Shown here in pieces: positions 20,594-29,870 of a stretch of DNA of 64,000 nucleotides (positions within the stretch are counted from its first letter, which is position 1; each line of letters opens with the position of its first letter). The notes below the pieces were generated by a model. It had not been told where the DNA came from. It saw nothing but the letters and a program-made list of their open reading frames with translations, and did no database searches. Source of the DNA: Treponemataceae bacterium (GTDB taxonomy: Bacteria; Spirochaetota; Spirochaetia; Treponematales; Rectinemataceae). The stretch is from assembly GCA_963678065.2 (NCBI GenBank), contig CAXXVZ010000004.1, forward strand, positions 1-64,000. The letters are read 5' to 3'. The translations under genes and the position numbers were made by a program.

Positions 20594-21502
20594 TTACTGC
20601 CCTGTTTTGAGTCCGGCCGCTTTCAGGGCACAGTCCAGCTCAGGATACAGAGCGTTTTCCTCGGCGGAAGAAATGTTCGGAAGCGGCGGTCGAGAGTAGC
20701 TGCGAGCGAGGCCCCTGCGTTCGAGGGTCGCGCGGAGGTAGGAGAAATTCCGCCCGTTGCGCATGAGGGTCGCGAGCCGCGCGATGTGGCGGTCAGCTTC
20801 TCGCGCGGCTGCGAGGTTGCCGGCCAGGAATGCGTCGTAGAGGCGGACGAAGAGCTCGGGGATCGCGTTCGCGTTGCCGGAGATGCAGCCCGGAATCCCG
20901 CAGGCGAGAGCCGCGAGGAAGGCAGTGTCGTGGCCGACTATGATGTCGAAATCCGGCGCGGCGCGGCGCGCGAGTTCGAGTCCGCGGAGAAAATCGGGCG
21001 TACTGCTCTTCACGCCGGCGATGTTCGGAATTTTCGACAGGGCGAGGACTGTCTCCTCGCTCATGTCGTTTCCCGCGCAGCCGGGAATGTTGTAGAGGTA
21101 GATGGGAAAGTCCTGACCGACGGCAGCTGCTATCTCTTCGTAGTAGCCGATGAGGCATTCCTGCGAAAGACCGAAAAAATACGGAGTCACGGCCGCGACG
21201 CCGTCGGCCCCTATGTCCCGCGCGTGCCGGGCGAGCTCGACCGCCTTTCGAGTCGAATTGGCGCCGACGTGGATGTAGACGGGTAGGCGCCCGTCGGCCG
21301 CACTCACGACCAGCTGGGCGACGCGGCGGCGCTCGTCCGGTTCCATCGTAAAAAACTCGCCCGTCGTTCCGAGAGCGAAAATGCCGTGGACGCCTGAGCC
21401 GACGAGGAATTCCAGGTGTTCCCGGGTCGCGGCCTCGTCTATCCCGCCTGAGCGATCGAAATGCGTGAGCATGGCGGGGACTACCCCGCGAAGTCGTTTC
21501 AT
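20594..21502 (-). CDS. DHDPS/N-acetylneuraminate-lyase family class I aldolase
   Basis: GTTGEF, VTPYFF, YLYNIP and Schiff-base Lys in AGVKSS. Confidence 0.9.
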   Translation of the reverse strand: MKRLRGVVPAMLTHFDRSGGIDEAATREHLEFLVGSGVHGIFALGTTGEFFTMEPDERRRVAQLVVSAADGRLPVYIHVGANSTRKAVELARHARDIGADGVAAVTPYFFGLSQECLIGYYEEIAAAVGQDFPIYLYNIPGCAGNDMSEETVLALSKIPNIAGVKSSTPDFLRGLELARRAAPDFDIIVGHDTAFLAALACGIPGCISGNANAIPELFVRLYDAFLAGNLAAAREADRHIARLATLMRNGRNFSYLRATLERRGLARSYSRPPLPNISSAEENALYPELDCALKAAGLKTGQ

Positions 21503-21543
21503 CCCTCTACCCCTTCGGCCGGAACCTGCGCCGCTGCGACAAG

Positions 21544-22317
21544 TCAGAATGCCGATTTCGCATCGCGCATGATGCGCGAAAGATTGCCGCTCACGATCCG
21601 CGCATCCTGGGAAATGACGAGCCACTTCGCGCCGCGCGCGGCCCAGGCCCCGATGTCCTCGGCCGTATAGCCGGTCGCCGAGCCCAGCACGATGCCCTGC
21701 CCGACGAGCCGTGCGCCGATGTCGTCGGCGACCTTCTTCATCTCGGCGGGCTTTTGGTCGGCGGGAATGTCCATGGAGAGCGTCATGTCTCCGGGGCCGA
21801 CGAAAATCGTGTCGACGCCCTCGACCGAGATGATTTCGTCCAGTTTCGCATAACCTTCGAGATTCTCGACCTGAAGAATCTTCCAGATCGAGTCCTTCGC
21901 GCCGCGGATGTAGGCCTGTTCGTCGTCGAGGCCGTACTTGATGGCGCGGATCGGCCCCTGGCCTCGCATGCCGGCCGGAGGATAGGTGCAGGATCTGACT
22001 GCGAGTTCTGCCTTCTCCTTCGAGTCGATGAAAGGGAAGATGATGCCGTCGGCGCCCATATCCATAATGGCCTTCACGAAATGTGGATCCACGCCGGGGA
22101 CACGCACGAAGGCGGCGGCTCCCGCCGACTGGGCCGCCATGATGTGGTGGAAGATTTCGCGGCGGTCGAGGGCCCCGTGCTCAGCGTCGATCCAGACGAA
22201 ATCGCAGCCCGCGTAGCCCGCGATCTCGCTTATCGCGCAGTCCGCGAAGGTGACGAAGATGCCGAAGGCCATTTTGCCCCCGGTGATTTTGGCTTTGAGT
22301 TCTTCAAGGTGTTTCAT
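21544..22317 (-). CDS. HpcH/HpaI-family class II pyruvate aldolase
   Basis: DFVWIDAEHG, FVRVP, DMGADGIIFP, YPPAGMRG, QVE and FVGPGDM; AGGAG RBS. Confidence 0.92.
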   Translation of the reverse strand: MKHLEELKAKITGGKMAFGIFVTFADCAISEIAGYAGCDFVWIDAEHGALDRREIFHHIMAAQSAGAAAFVRVPGVDPHFVKAIMDMGADGIIFPFIDSKEKAELAVRSCTYPPAGMRGQGPIRAIKYGLDDEQAYIRGAKDSIWKILQVENLEGYAKLDEIISVEGVDTIFVGPGDMTLSMDIPADQKPAEMKKVADDIGARLVGQGIVLGSATGYTAEDIGAWAARGAKWLVISQDARIVSGNLSRIMRDAKSAF

Positions 22318-22325
22318 TGTATCTC

Positions 22326-23168
22326 CTATTCTTTTACGGCGCCGATAGTCACGCTCGACATGAATTTGTCCTGAAGGAGGAAAAAAACGATCATCAGCGG
22401 GAGGGTGACGAGGACGCAGCCGGTCAGCACGAGCTCCCAGGGAACCGAGCGGGCGGACTCTTCCGCGTTCAGGGTCGGGAGGATGACCATGATGGGCATG
22501 ACCTTCACCTTGTCCAGCATGATGCGAGGGAAGAGGTAGTCGTTCCATTTCGCGAGGAATACGAGGATGCCGAGGGCGGAGAGGGCGGGCATCGAGGTCG
22601 GAACGACGATGTCGTAGTAGGTGCGCAGGTGGCCCGCCCCGTCGATGTGGGCCGCGTCGATAAGGGAGTCGGGGATGGTCTCCATGTACTGGCGCAGGAG
22701 GAAGAGGGCGAAGACGTTCGCGATTCCGGGGATGATCTGGACCTGGTAGGTGTTGAGCCACTTCATCTTGGAAAAAATCAGGTAGAGCGGCGTCACGTTG
22801 AGCTCAGCTGGGACCATCATGGTCGCGAGGAGAAGGAAAAACATGACTTCCTTGCCGCGGAATTTGTATTTCGCGAAGGCGTAGGCCGCGAGCGACGAGA
22901 TGAGGAGGGTCAGCAGGGTGTAGGAAGTCGCGATGAAGATCGAGTTGAGGTAGGTCGTGGCGATGACGCCGGAATTGTAGTTCATGAGCCGGACGTAGTT
23001 GTCGAGGGTCGGATGCGCCGGGATGCCCCAGGCGTTCACGGCGAGTTCCGCCGAAGACTTGAGCGAACCGGAGATCATGATGAAGACGGGAAACAGCGAC
23101 ACGGCGGCCGTGACGATGAGGGCCGCGTGGACAAGGCTGGTTCTGGCGATTTGCCGAGGACTTTTCAT
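22326..23168 (-). CDS. Carbohydrate ABC transporter permease
   Basis: AAYAFAKYKFRGK; IPDSLIDAAHIDGAG; WNDYLFP. Confidence 0.93.
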   Translation of the reverse strand: MKSPRQIARTSLVHAALIVTAAVSLFPVFIMISGSLKSSAELAVNAWGIPAHPTLDNYVRLMNYNSGVIATTYLNSIFIATSYTLLTLLISSLAAYAFAKYKFRGKEVMFFLLLATMMVPAELNVTPLYLIFSKMKWLNTYQVQIIPGIANVFALFLLRQYMETIPDSLIDAAHIDGAGHLRTYYDIVVPTSMPALSALGILVFLAKWNDYLFPRIMLDKVKVMPIMVILPTLNAEESARSVPWELVLTGCVLVTLPLMIVFFLLQDKFMSSVTIGAVKE

Positions 23169-24100
23169 TGTTCGTCGCCTTTTTTGAAGGAGCTGAACTG
23201 CACCAGCGTGATGAGGAAAATGATCATGAACAGTATCCAGCCCGAGGCGGAAGCCATGCCGAAGTTGCCGCCCTGCAGGTTGCCTACGATGACGTTGACG
23301 AAGGGCGCGGCCTGGGCGGGCGGATTACCGCTCATGTCGCCGGTCATGAGGACGGGTTCGGTGTAGAGCTTCAGAGACGATATCGCATCCATGATGAAGG
23401 CGAACATGAAGATCGATTTCATCATCGGGATGACGATGCGCGTCGTGCGCTGGAAGAAGTTGGCGCCGTCGATCAGTGCGGCGTCCATGATCTCGTCGGA
23501 GATCGTCGTCAGCCCTGAGAGGTAGATGACGAAGAACCAGCCGGTCGAGCGCCAGACGATGAGGGTCGTGACCGGCCACCTGATGATGTCGAGGTTGTTG
23601 AGGAAGAAGATGCGGGTTCCCAAAATTTGGTTTATGACACCGACCTCGCCGCCGAAGATGACCTTGAATACGAGGGAGGCGGCGACGACGGCGCACATCT
23701 GCGGCAGAAAAATGATCACCTTGTAGAACTTCCTCGAGCGGGAGAGGAGCTTCGATTTCACCGCGAGCGCGAGAAGGAAGGACAGCGTCATGACAGGGAC
23801 GAGGTGCGAGAAAAAGTAGAAGAAGGTGTTTCCGAGGCTCGTCCACATCGTCGAGTAGGTGAAGAGCTTCACGTAATTGTCGAGGCCGATGAACACGGCC
23901 TTTCCGTAGCCCTTGAAGCGGAAAAAACTCAAAACGAAGGAGTAGCCGGCCGGAAACAGAAAGAACATCACGTACGATACGAAGAACGGCAGGAGGAAGA
24001 GGAAGGGAACGATTCGATCCTTCTTTCCCCCGATTCTGCTGCCTGCCATCGAAGAACGCCGAGCGCCCATCATTCGTCCTCCTGCCGTTCTTTCAGTCAT
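23165..24100 (-). CDS. Carbohydrate ABC transporter permease
   Basis: FIGLDNY; ISDEIMDAALIDGA; FGMASA. Confidence 0.93.
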   Translation of the reverse strand: MTERTAGGRMMGARRSSMAGSRIGGKKDRIVPFLFLLPFFVSYVMFFLFPAGYSFVLSFFRFKGYGKAVFIGLDNYVKLFTYSTMWTSLGNTFFYFFSHLVPVMTLSFLLALAVKSKLLSRSRKFYKVIIFLPQMCAVVAASLVFKVIFGGEVGVINQILGTRIFFLNNLDIIRWPVTTLIVWRSTGWFFVIYLSGLTTISDEIMDAALIDGANFFQRTTRIVIPMMKSIFMFAFIMDAISSLKLYTEPVLMTGDMSGNPPAQAAPFVNVIVGNLQGGNFGMASASGWILFMIIFLITLVQFSSFKKGDEQ

Positions 24101-24103
24101 GCT

Positions 24104-25402
24104 CTAGCGATTGAAGGGATTGCCGATCTGGTTCTTGAGGTCTTTCTCGGCCTTCTGCAGGGCTTCGGTCACGGTCGCCTTCCCCGCGAGATACTCGTCG
24201 AGATACTGCACGACGATCTTGATCTCCTGCGAAGCTGCCGGGGTGTAGGGGTAGACTTTGATGAGGTTCATGGCCTTGTAGTCCACCGGCGCCATCGTCG
24301 CGCCGAAGTACTTGTTCGGAGCGAGGTAGTAGGGGTCGGTTACGGCTTTCTGCAGGAGGGGAAGGCGGAACTGCTTGTCGAAGAGCTGCTTGAGGATAGC
24401 TTCGTCGAAGCAGAGCTTCGTGAGGATGTCGGCCGCGAGTTCCTTGTTCCTGGCGGACTTCGGCACGATGAAGACGCCGGCTCCCGCGTCGGACCCGGTC
24501 CTGATCTCCTCGGGCCACATGGCGAGCGCCCATTTGCCGGCCTGGTCGGGGGCATAGTTGGGGATGTGCTTCTTGAACCAGTTGCCGATGAGCTGGGACA
24601 CGATCGTTCCGTCCGCGAGGCCTTTCTGCCAGTCGGGAGAGAAGTCGACGATGTTCGCCGTGACGCCGGATTCCTTGAGCTTCTTGATGTTCTCGAAGGC
24701 TTTTCGGACGTTGGGATCGGAGGCGATGTTGTAGTTGCCTTTGGCGTCCGAGAAGCGGCCGCCGTTGCCCGAGAGCTGCATCATGAGGTCGTACTGCTGG
24801 GAGGGAACCGAGTAGTTCTCGATGAATTTGTTGGGGTACTTCGCCTGGATTTTCTTGCCCGCCGCGATGAAATCGTCGACAGTTTTCACGGACGCAGGGT
24901 CTACGCCGCATTCGGCGAAAATGTCCGAGCGGTAGTACCATATCTTCGATTTGACCTCGTAGGGATAGGCTATGAATTTTCCGTCATACTTCATCACCTC
25001 GAGGACGCCGGGTATTATGGAGTTCTTGATCGGCTCGATGTTTTTGCCGAAGTCCATGAGGACGTCGGAGACGGCGAACTCGGGAATCTGGGTGTAGTTG
25101 AGCCGGATCAGGTCGGGAATGTTGTCGTTCGCCGCGAGGGCGAGGCGGAATTTCTGGGCCGAGTCGAAATCGCCGGCGCCGCCGAGGATGATCTCGAATT
25201 TGACCTTGCGCCCGATCTCCGGGTAGGTCGTAGTCAGGATGTTCAGCATGGTCTTGTACTCGTCGGTGCTTCCGAAAACCATCATTTTGAGCGTGACCGG
25301 ATCGCCCGAGTAGAGATTGGCTTCGCCCGCGGAAAATGCGCTCATCGCGGGCAGCGCGACCAGCGCGATCATGATCGCGAGAAATCGGTTCCTGATACTC
25401 AT
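24104..25402 (-). CDS. Carbohydrate ABC transporter substrate-binding protein
   Basis: AGGGGGAG RBS then signal peptide MSIRNRFLAIMIALVALPAMSAFSA; WYYRSDIFAECGV motif. The ORF track extends it spuriously to 26845. Confidence 0.92.
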   Translation of the reverse strand: MSIRNRFLAIMIALVALPAMSAFSAGEANLYSGDPVTLKMMVFGSTDEYKTMLNILTTTYPEIGRKVKFEIILGGAGDFDSAQKFRLALAANDNIPDLIRLNYTQIPEFAVSDVLMDFGKNIEPIKNSIIPGVLEVMKYDGKFIAYPYEVKSKIWYYRSDIFAECGVDPASVKTVDDFIAAGKKIQAKYPNKFIENYSVPSQQYDLMMQLSGNGGRFSDAKGNYNIASDPNVRKAFENIKKLKESGVTANIVDFSPDWQKGLADGTIVSQLIGNWFKKHIPNYAPDQAGKWALAMWPEEIRTGSDAGAGVFIVPKSARNKELAADILTKLCFDEAILKQLFDKQFRLPLLQKAVTDPYYLAPNKYFGATMAPVDYKAMNLIKVYPYTPAASQEIKIVVQYLDEYLAGKATVTEALQKAEKDLKNQIGNPFNR

Positions 25403-25612
25403 TAACTCCCCCTTGTCTGAAATCTGCACGGCTTGCGGCAGGATGCGGAACGTTTGATGAAGGCGCGCGTGACTGCCGAGAGTATAGGGGCAGTCCGCGA
25501 AACCGCACAGTCTTACAGTGGTACCGTTTTTTCCTCTCCGCCAGTACCGCAGTACCATTGTGAAACGCGGTCGTTGCGCAGTTTCTTTTACGCATCTATC
25601 ATGGAAGCGAAT

Positions 25613-26836
25613 ATGAGCCCATCGACTGCCCGATCCATGAAAACCACGATTGTCCTCGTCGTCGGCTGGGCTGTCGCCGTCGCCGTCTTCGCCGCGACGA
25701 CGATACCGCCCGGCGTGAGCCCGTCCTGGCGAGCACAATTCGTCGTCCTTGTCGGGATAGCCGCGCTTTTCCAGACCGCCGCGGTCTGGATTCGCCGCGA
25801 TGGAGTCGCACCCGCCGTTCTCTGCGTCGCGGCGGGATTTCATGTCATGGCCGAAATGCCGTCGGGCGGGGAGATGGCAGTCGTCTACACACTCGCCGCA
25901 GGCTTCGTCTATGTCGCGATGAGCACGATGGGGAAGACCTCCCGCTTCGTCGCATCCGGAGCCTACGCCCTTCTGGTCGCTTTCGCGCGCGGTCCCGTAG
26001 CCGCCTGGGAAACGGATCTGAGAGCTCCCGCTCTCGCCCCGCGACTTCTCTTTCTCCTCTTCGTCGGCCTCGAAATCGCCATCCTCGAGAAGGCCGCACA
26101 GGCCGAGAGGCGGGCGGAAAACCTCGAACGCCGCATCGCAGGGCTGAACCGGAACATAAACGCCCTCACCTCCGTGAACATCGATTTCCAGGAATACGCG
26201 ACGCGGGTCCAGAGGGAGGCACAGGATGCCGAGCGCAAGCGCATCACGAGGGAGATCCACGATATCGTCGGCTACACGCTCATGAACGTGCAGATGATGA
26301 TGGAGGCGGCCCTCGACATGCACGGGAGCGGCTCGCCGGAATTGCCCACCCTGCTCGCGAAAGCCCGTGACCAGACTCAGCGGGGTCTTTTGGAGACACG
26401 CAACGCGATGCGCTCTCTCCGGGCCCTCGCCGAGCCGCAGAGCACGGGACTGCGCGGCCTCTACGAGCTCGCGCGCATTTTCGAGCACGCGACGAAGGTT
26501 GCGGTCGATTTCAATCCCGGCAACTGTCCTGAGCGTTTCGGAGCCGCAACTGAGGATATCCTCAGGCGGCTGGTGCAGGAGAGCCTGACCAATGCCTTCC
26601 GCCACGGCAACGCGGGGACCGTCGTCGTCAACCTGTGGAAGACGGAGAATTCCCTGCAAGTCGCGATCCACGACGACGGCGCCGGTTCCCGGAATTTCGT
26701 GCCAGGCATCGGCATCACGGGAATGCGCGAGCGTCTCGCGAGTGTCGGAGGAGAGCTGACCATCAGGGACGGCGGACGCGGTTTCGGCATCCTCGCCGAG
26801 ATACCCTACCCGCCCAAGGAGAAAGACGATGTCTGA
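25613..26836 (+). CDS. Membrane sensor histidine kinase, NarX/DesK (HisKA_3) type
   Basis: Several N-terminal TMs; ERKRITREIHDIVG H-box; QESLTNAFRHG, DDGAG, GIGITGMRER. Start could be 25601, 25613 or 25637. Confidence 0.88.
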   Translation: MSPSTARSMKTTIVLVVGWAVAVAVFAATTIPPGVSPSWRAQFVVLVGIAALFQTAAVWIRRDGVAPAVLCVAAGFHVMAEMPSGGEMAVVYTLAAGFVYVAMSTMGKTSRFVASGAYALLVAFARGPVAAWETDLRAPALAPRLLFLLFVGLEIAILEKAAQAERRAENLERRIAGLNRNINALTSVNIDFQEYATRVQREAQDAERKRITREIHDIVGYTLMNVQMMMEAALDMHGSGSPELPTLLAKARDQTQRGLLETRNAMRSLRALAEPQSTGLRGLYELARIFEHATKVAVDFNPGNCPERFGAATEDILRRLVQESLTNAFRHGNAGTVVVNLWKTENSLQVAIHDDGAGSRNFVPGIGITGMRERLASVGGELTIRDGGRGFGILAEIPYPPKEKDDV

Positions 26837-27512
26837 AAAGATCACCGTTCTACTGGTCGACGATCAGATTCTTTTCGTCGAGAGCCTCAAAACGGTTCTC
26901 GAAACACGCGCATCGGACCTGTCGATCCAGGACATAGCGCACAACGGGAAGGAAGCGGTCGAGGCAGTCCGGCGGCGCAAGCCGGACATCGTCCTCATGG
27001 ACATCCGCATGCCGGTCATGGACGGCGTGGAGGCGACGAAGATGATCCACCAGGAATTCCCCGGCGTGGCGATAATGATGCTGACGACCTTCGACGATGA
27101 CGAATACGTGACCGAGGCGCTGAAGTTCGGAGCCGCCGGATACCTCCTCAAAGACAGCCCGCCGAACGAGCTCATCGCGGCCATCCACGCCCTTCTCCAG
27201 GGCTCGGTCATCATCTCGCCGCAGGTCGCCAACAAGCTCCTCAGGATCGGCGACGCCGGCAAGAAACGCGGACCCGCCGCCGAAGCCGACGCCGGGGTCT
27301 TGAAGTTCCTCTCGAAGCGCGAAATCGAAATTCTGAGACTCATTGGTCAGGGAGAAGACAATGTCGGCATCGCCGGGCGACTGTTCATCAGCGAGCAGAC
27401 TGTCAAGAACCACGTCTCCGTCATCTATTCGAAACTGAACATCCACAACCGGATCAAGGTCATGCAGCTCGCCGACCGCTTCTCCGGCTATCTGTCCTCG
27501 CTCGGCAACTGA
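26829..27512 (+). CDS. NarL/LuxR-family response regulator
   Basis: LLVDDQ, VLMDIRMPVMDG, LTTFDDDEY; LSKREIEIL...LFISEQTVKNHVS. Confidence 0.95.
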   Translation: MSEKITVLLVDDQILFVESLKTVLETRASDLSIQDIAHNGKEAVEAVRRRKPDIVLMDIRMPVMDGVEATKMIHQEFPGVAIMMLTTFDDDEYVTEALKFGAAGYLLKDSPPNELIAAIHALLQGSVIISPQVANKLLRIGDAGKKRGPAAEADAGVLKFLSKREIEILRLIGQGEDNVGIAGRLFISEQTVKNHVSVIYSKLNIHNRIKVMQLADRFSGYLSSLGN

Positions 27513-27567
27513 ACCAGACGCACCCTTCAGCAAAGCCACCTTTGCGGGACGGAATACCCACAGGACT

Positions 27568-28368
27568 CTAAGAGAGGCAACTGCCGAAGCGACTCACAAG
27601 CGATCGAAAGCCTGCAAGATCGTGGCCGCATACGATCTGCGCATTCCTCTCGGAAGCGATCCGCTCGATACGTGCGAGGGTCGCGATATAACCTTCCCTA
27701 TCCTCGAGGAAACCTGGCATGATCGGGGGTGGGCCGAAGCTCGCGTCGGTATACGCGGCATCAGATACCAGAAGGAAAGAGCCGGACTGCGGTAGATCGA
27801 CATAGAGTCCGAGCATTCCCCAAGAGTGGCCGGGACCGAAATTAAGTATCGAGACGCCTCCAGCGAGTTCGAGTTCGCCGATATCGGATTGCAGAGGTAC
27901 CCACTTCAGGTCTGCATCAAGCCATCCTTCGATATCGGAAGGGACATGGGCCCCCAAGCCTTCTTTCCGAAAAAAGGCGCAAAGGGTCTTCGTGAATTCG
28001 TCGGAGTCCACATAGATCCGCGCTTTGGTAAAGTATTTCAAGCATCCCGCATGATCCAGATGAAGATGCGAAGCCACGACGAAACGCACATCGTCAGGAG
28101 CAATGCCGAGTTCGGCCAGGCGTTCAGGCAGATATCCCCCCTCCTCCACAACATAGGGACAGGCGCGGAACGCCTCGGGCCAGCGTCCAGACATGCCTTC
28201 AGGATCACAGGCTGCATCGAAAAGAATCGCGCCTGCCTCGTGTTCGATCAGGAAGGCCTCGACAGGAATGGTGATCATGGCCTCGGGATCCCGAGAAGCT
28301 TGGTCATCCACGAGTATGTTGCTTCTCGACATGGTAATCGTTCCACAATCCAGTATGTGCATTTTCAT
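27568..28368 (-). CDS. Metallo-beta-lactamase-fold lactonase (AttM/AiiA N-acyl-homoserine lactonase family)
   Basis: SHLHLDHAG (HxHxDH), PGHSWG, LVSDAAY and CGHD. Confidence 0.9.
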   Translation of the reverse strand: MKMHILDCGTITMSRSNILVDDQASRDPEAMITIPVEAFLIEHEAGAILFDAACDPEGMSGRWPEAFRACPYVVEEGGYLPERLAELGIAPDDVRFVVASHLHLDHAGCLKYFTKARIYVDSDEFTKTLCAFFRKEGLGAHVPSDIEGWLDADLKWVPLQSDIGELELAGGVSILNFGPGHSWGMLGLYVDLPQSGSFLLVSDAAYTDASFGPPPIMPGFLEDREGYIATLARIERIASERNAQIVCGHDLAGFRSLVSRFGSCLS

Positions 28369-28461
28369 CTTCGAGCCTCGCTTGTGGTCCTTCGCGGTCT
28401 AGGTAAGCAGCATTTATCTTCTTTTCCGGAGGATGATCATTTAAGTATCATTTCAGTGCTT

Positions 28462-28489
28462 ATTTTAACTATTTTGTAGAACATGTCAA
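28462..28489 (-). promoter_or_regulatory. Putative sigma70 promoter for the lactonase
   Basis: Minus strand TTGACA (28489-28484), 16 nt spacer, TAAAAT (28467-28462). Confidence 0.5.
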
Positions 28490-28624
28490 CCAATTCATCC
28501 TGACATTGATTAACTCAAACACAAAAAACCCCTGATATCTGTCAAGCAATAGTATGGAGATACTCATTATATCATGCATAAAATATGGTCTGATAGAAAG
28601 ATCGGGGCTTGGAAAAACTGCATA

Positions 28625-28653
28625 TTGACAATTCATTAAATGATAAATATAAT
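28625..28653 (+). promoter_or_regulatory. Perfect-consensus sigma70 promoter for the dehydrogenase-transketolase operon
   Basis: TTGACA (28625-28630), 17 nt spacer, TATAAT (28648-28653). Confidence 0.8.
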
Positions 28654-28656
28654 ACA

Positions 28657-28689
28657 CAATATGAAAATGAAATGATCATTTTCATATTG
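28657..28689. promoter_or_regulatory. Operator-like perfect 14-bp inverted repeat at the predicted transcription start
   Basis: CAATATGAAAATGA-aatga-TCATTTTCATATTG. Confidence 0.7.
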
Positions 28690-28781
28690 GTCACAACAGA
28701 TACTTTCGAATTGCTTGACATGTCCTTGTTGATCGCAGCACTTTGCGACCAGACGACAATGTGGGAAAAAGAAGGTAATCC

Positions 28782-29870
28782 ATGGGAATGATGAAGGCCC
28801 TGCTCTATCGAGCCCCAGGCAGAGCGAATGGAAGCATCGCGCACGTGCCGCGTCCGGCCTGCGGGAGCGACCATGTGGTGATCAAGGTGATGGCTTGCGG
28901 AATCTGCAAGCCGGCGGAATCGAGCCACGACAGGAATGGCTCCGTCCTCGGCGCTTATCCTTGCATACCGGGCCACGAATTTGCCGGGGAAGTGGTGGAA
29001 GTCGGGGATCGCGTCCGTTCGGTCGAGGTTGGGGATCGCGTAACGGCCGACAACTCAGTCCCATGCGGCGTCTGCTATTATTGCAAGAAAGGAAAACCTG
29101 CCTATTGCGAGCATTTCGGCTCCCTTGGCCAGAACCTTCCTGGAGGTATGGCTGAGTACGTTCTCGTCGACGAGAGCCGCGTGTTCTTGATCCCCGAGGG
29201 CATCCCCTATGAACATGCCTGCCTTTGTGAGCTTATCGGCTGCTGCATACACTGCGTCGATCGATGCGGCGTCCAGTATGGGGATACGGTTGCGGTATTC
29301 GGTGCCGGGTCGAGCGGTCTCATACTCGCCCAGCTTCTCCTCCGATCGGGCGCATCGGAAGTGATCTCTCTCGACTCGGAAGAAAGCAAGCTTGAGCGAA
29401 TTGCGAAGAAGGGTGCCATCGCGATCAAGGTGGACAGGAACGACTATTCGCTCCACGAAAAAAAAATACTGGCGAGACACCCACGCGGCGTGGATATCGT
29501 CATCGACACGACAGGCTGTGCCGAACTGATGGATCGCAGCGTCGACCTACTGTCCCGCGGCGGAAAGTTCATCTGCTATTCGTTCCCGACCGGCCCCCGA
29601 CGTGCCGTAAGCCTTGATATGTCGAAATTCATCGTCAGGGAGCTCTCCTTCCTGGGCAGCACGTTTCAAAGCTTCTCATTCGACAGAGCGCTTTTGGCCT
29701 TGTCGAATGGGATCGTGGACTGCGGCATCCTGGTGACAGACGAATACCCACTCGACCGGTACTTCGAAGCCCTCGACAAGAACCTGAACGACAATACGAC
29801 GATCAAGGTTGTAATTCACCCGAACGGCAAGACCGAAGGCAGTGCAGAAGAAAAGGATAGGCAGCGATGA
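28782..29870 (+). CDS. Zn-dependent MDR-family sugar/polyol dehydrogenase
   Basis: PGHEFAGEVVEVG, GDRV, structural Zn CxxCxxC...C, GAGSSG; atypical GICKPAE segment. Confidence 0.9.
   Translation: MGMMKALLYRAPGRANGSIAHVPRPACGSDHVVIKVMACGICKPAESSHDRNGSVLGAYPCIPGHEFAGEVVEVGDRVRSVEVGDRVTADNSVPCGVCYYCKKGKPAYCEHFGSLGQNLPGGMAEYVLVDESRVFLIPEGIPYEHACLCELIGCCIHCVDRCGVQYGDTVAVFGAGSSGLILAQLLLRSGASEVISLDSEESKLERIAKKGAIAIKVDRNDYSLHEKKILARHPRGVDIVIDTTGCAELMDRSVDLLSRGGKFICYSFPTGPRRAVSLDMSKFIVRELSFLGSTFQSFSFDRALLALSNGIVDCGILVTDEYPLDRYFEALDKNLNDNTTIKVVIHPNGKTEGSAEEKDRQR

Noticed and set aside
24104..26845. 913-aa ORF that looks like a fusion with a sugar-binding protein
   Set aside because: The N-terminal half is the antisense shadow of the histidine kinase; the true start at 25402 has an RBS and signal peptide
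28469..28791. Short ORFs in the AT-rich spacers (also 42611-42847)
   Set aside because: No RBS or motifs; they overlap clear promoter and operator elements
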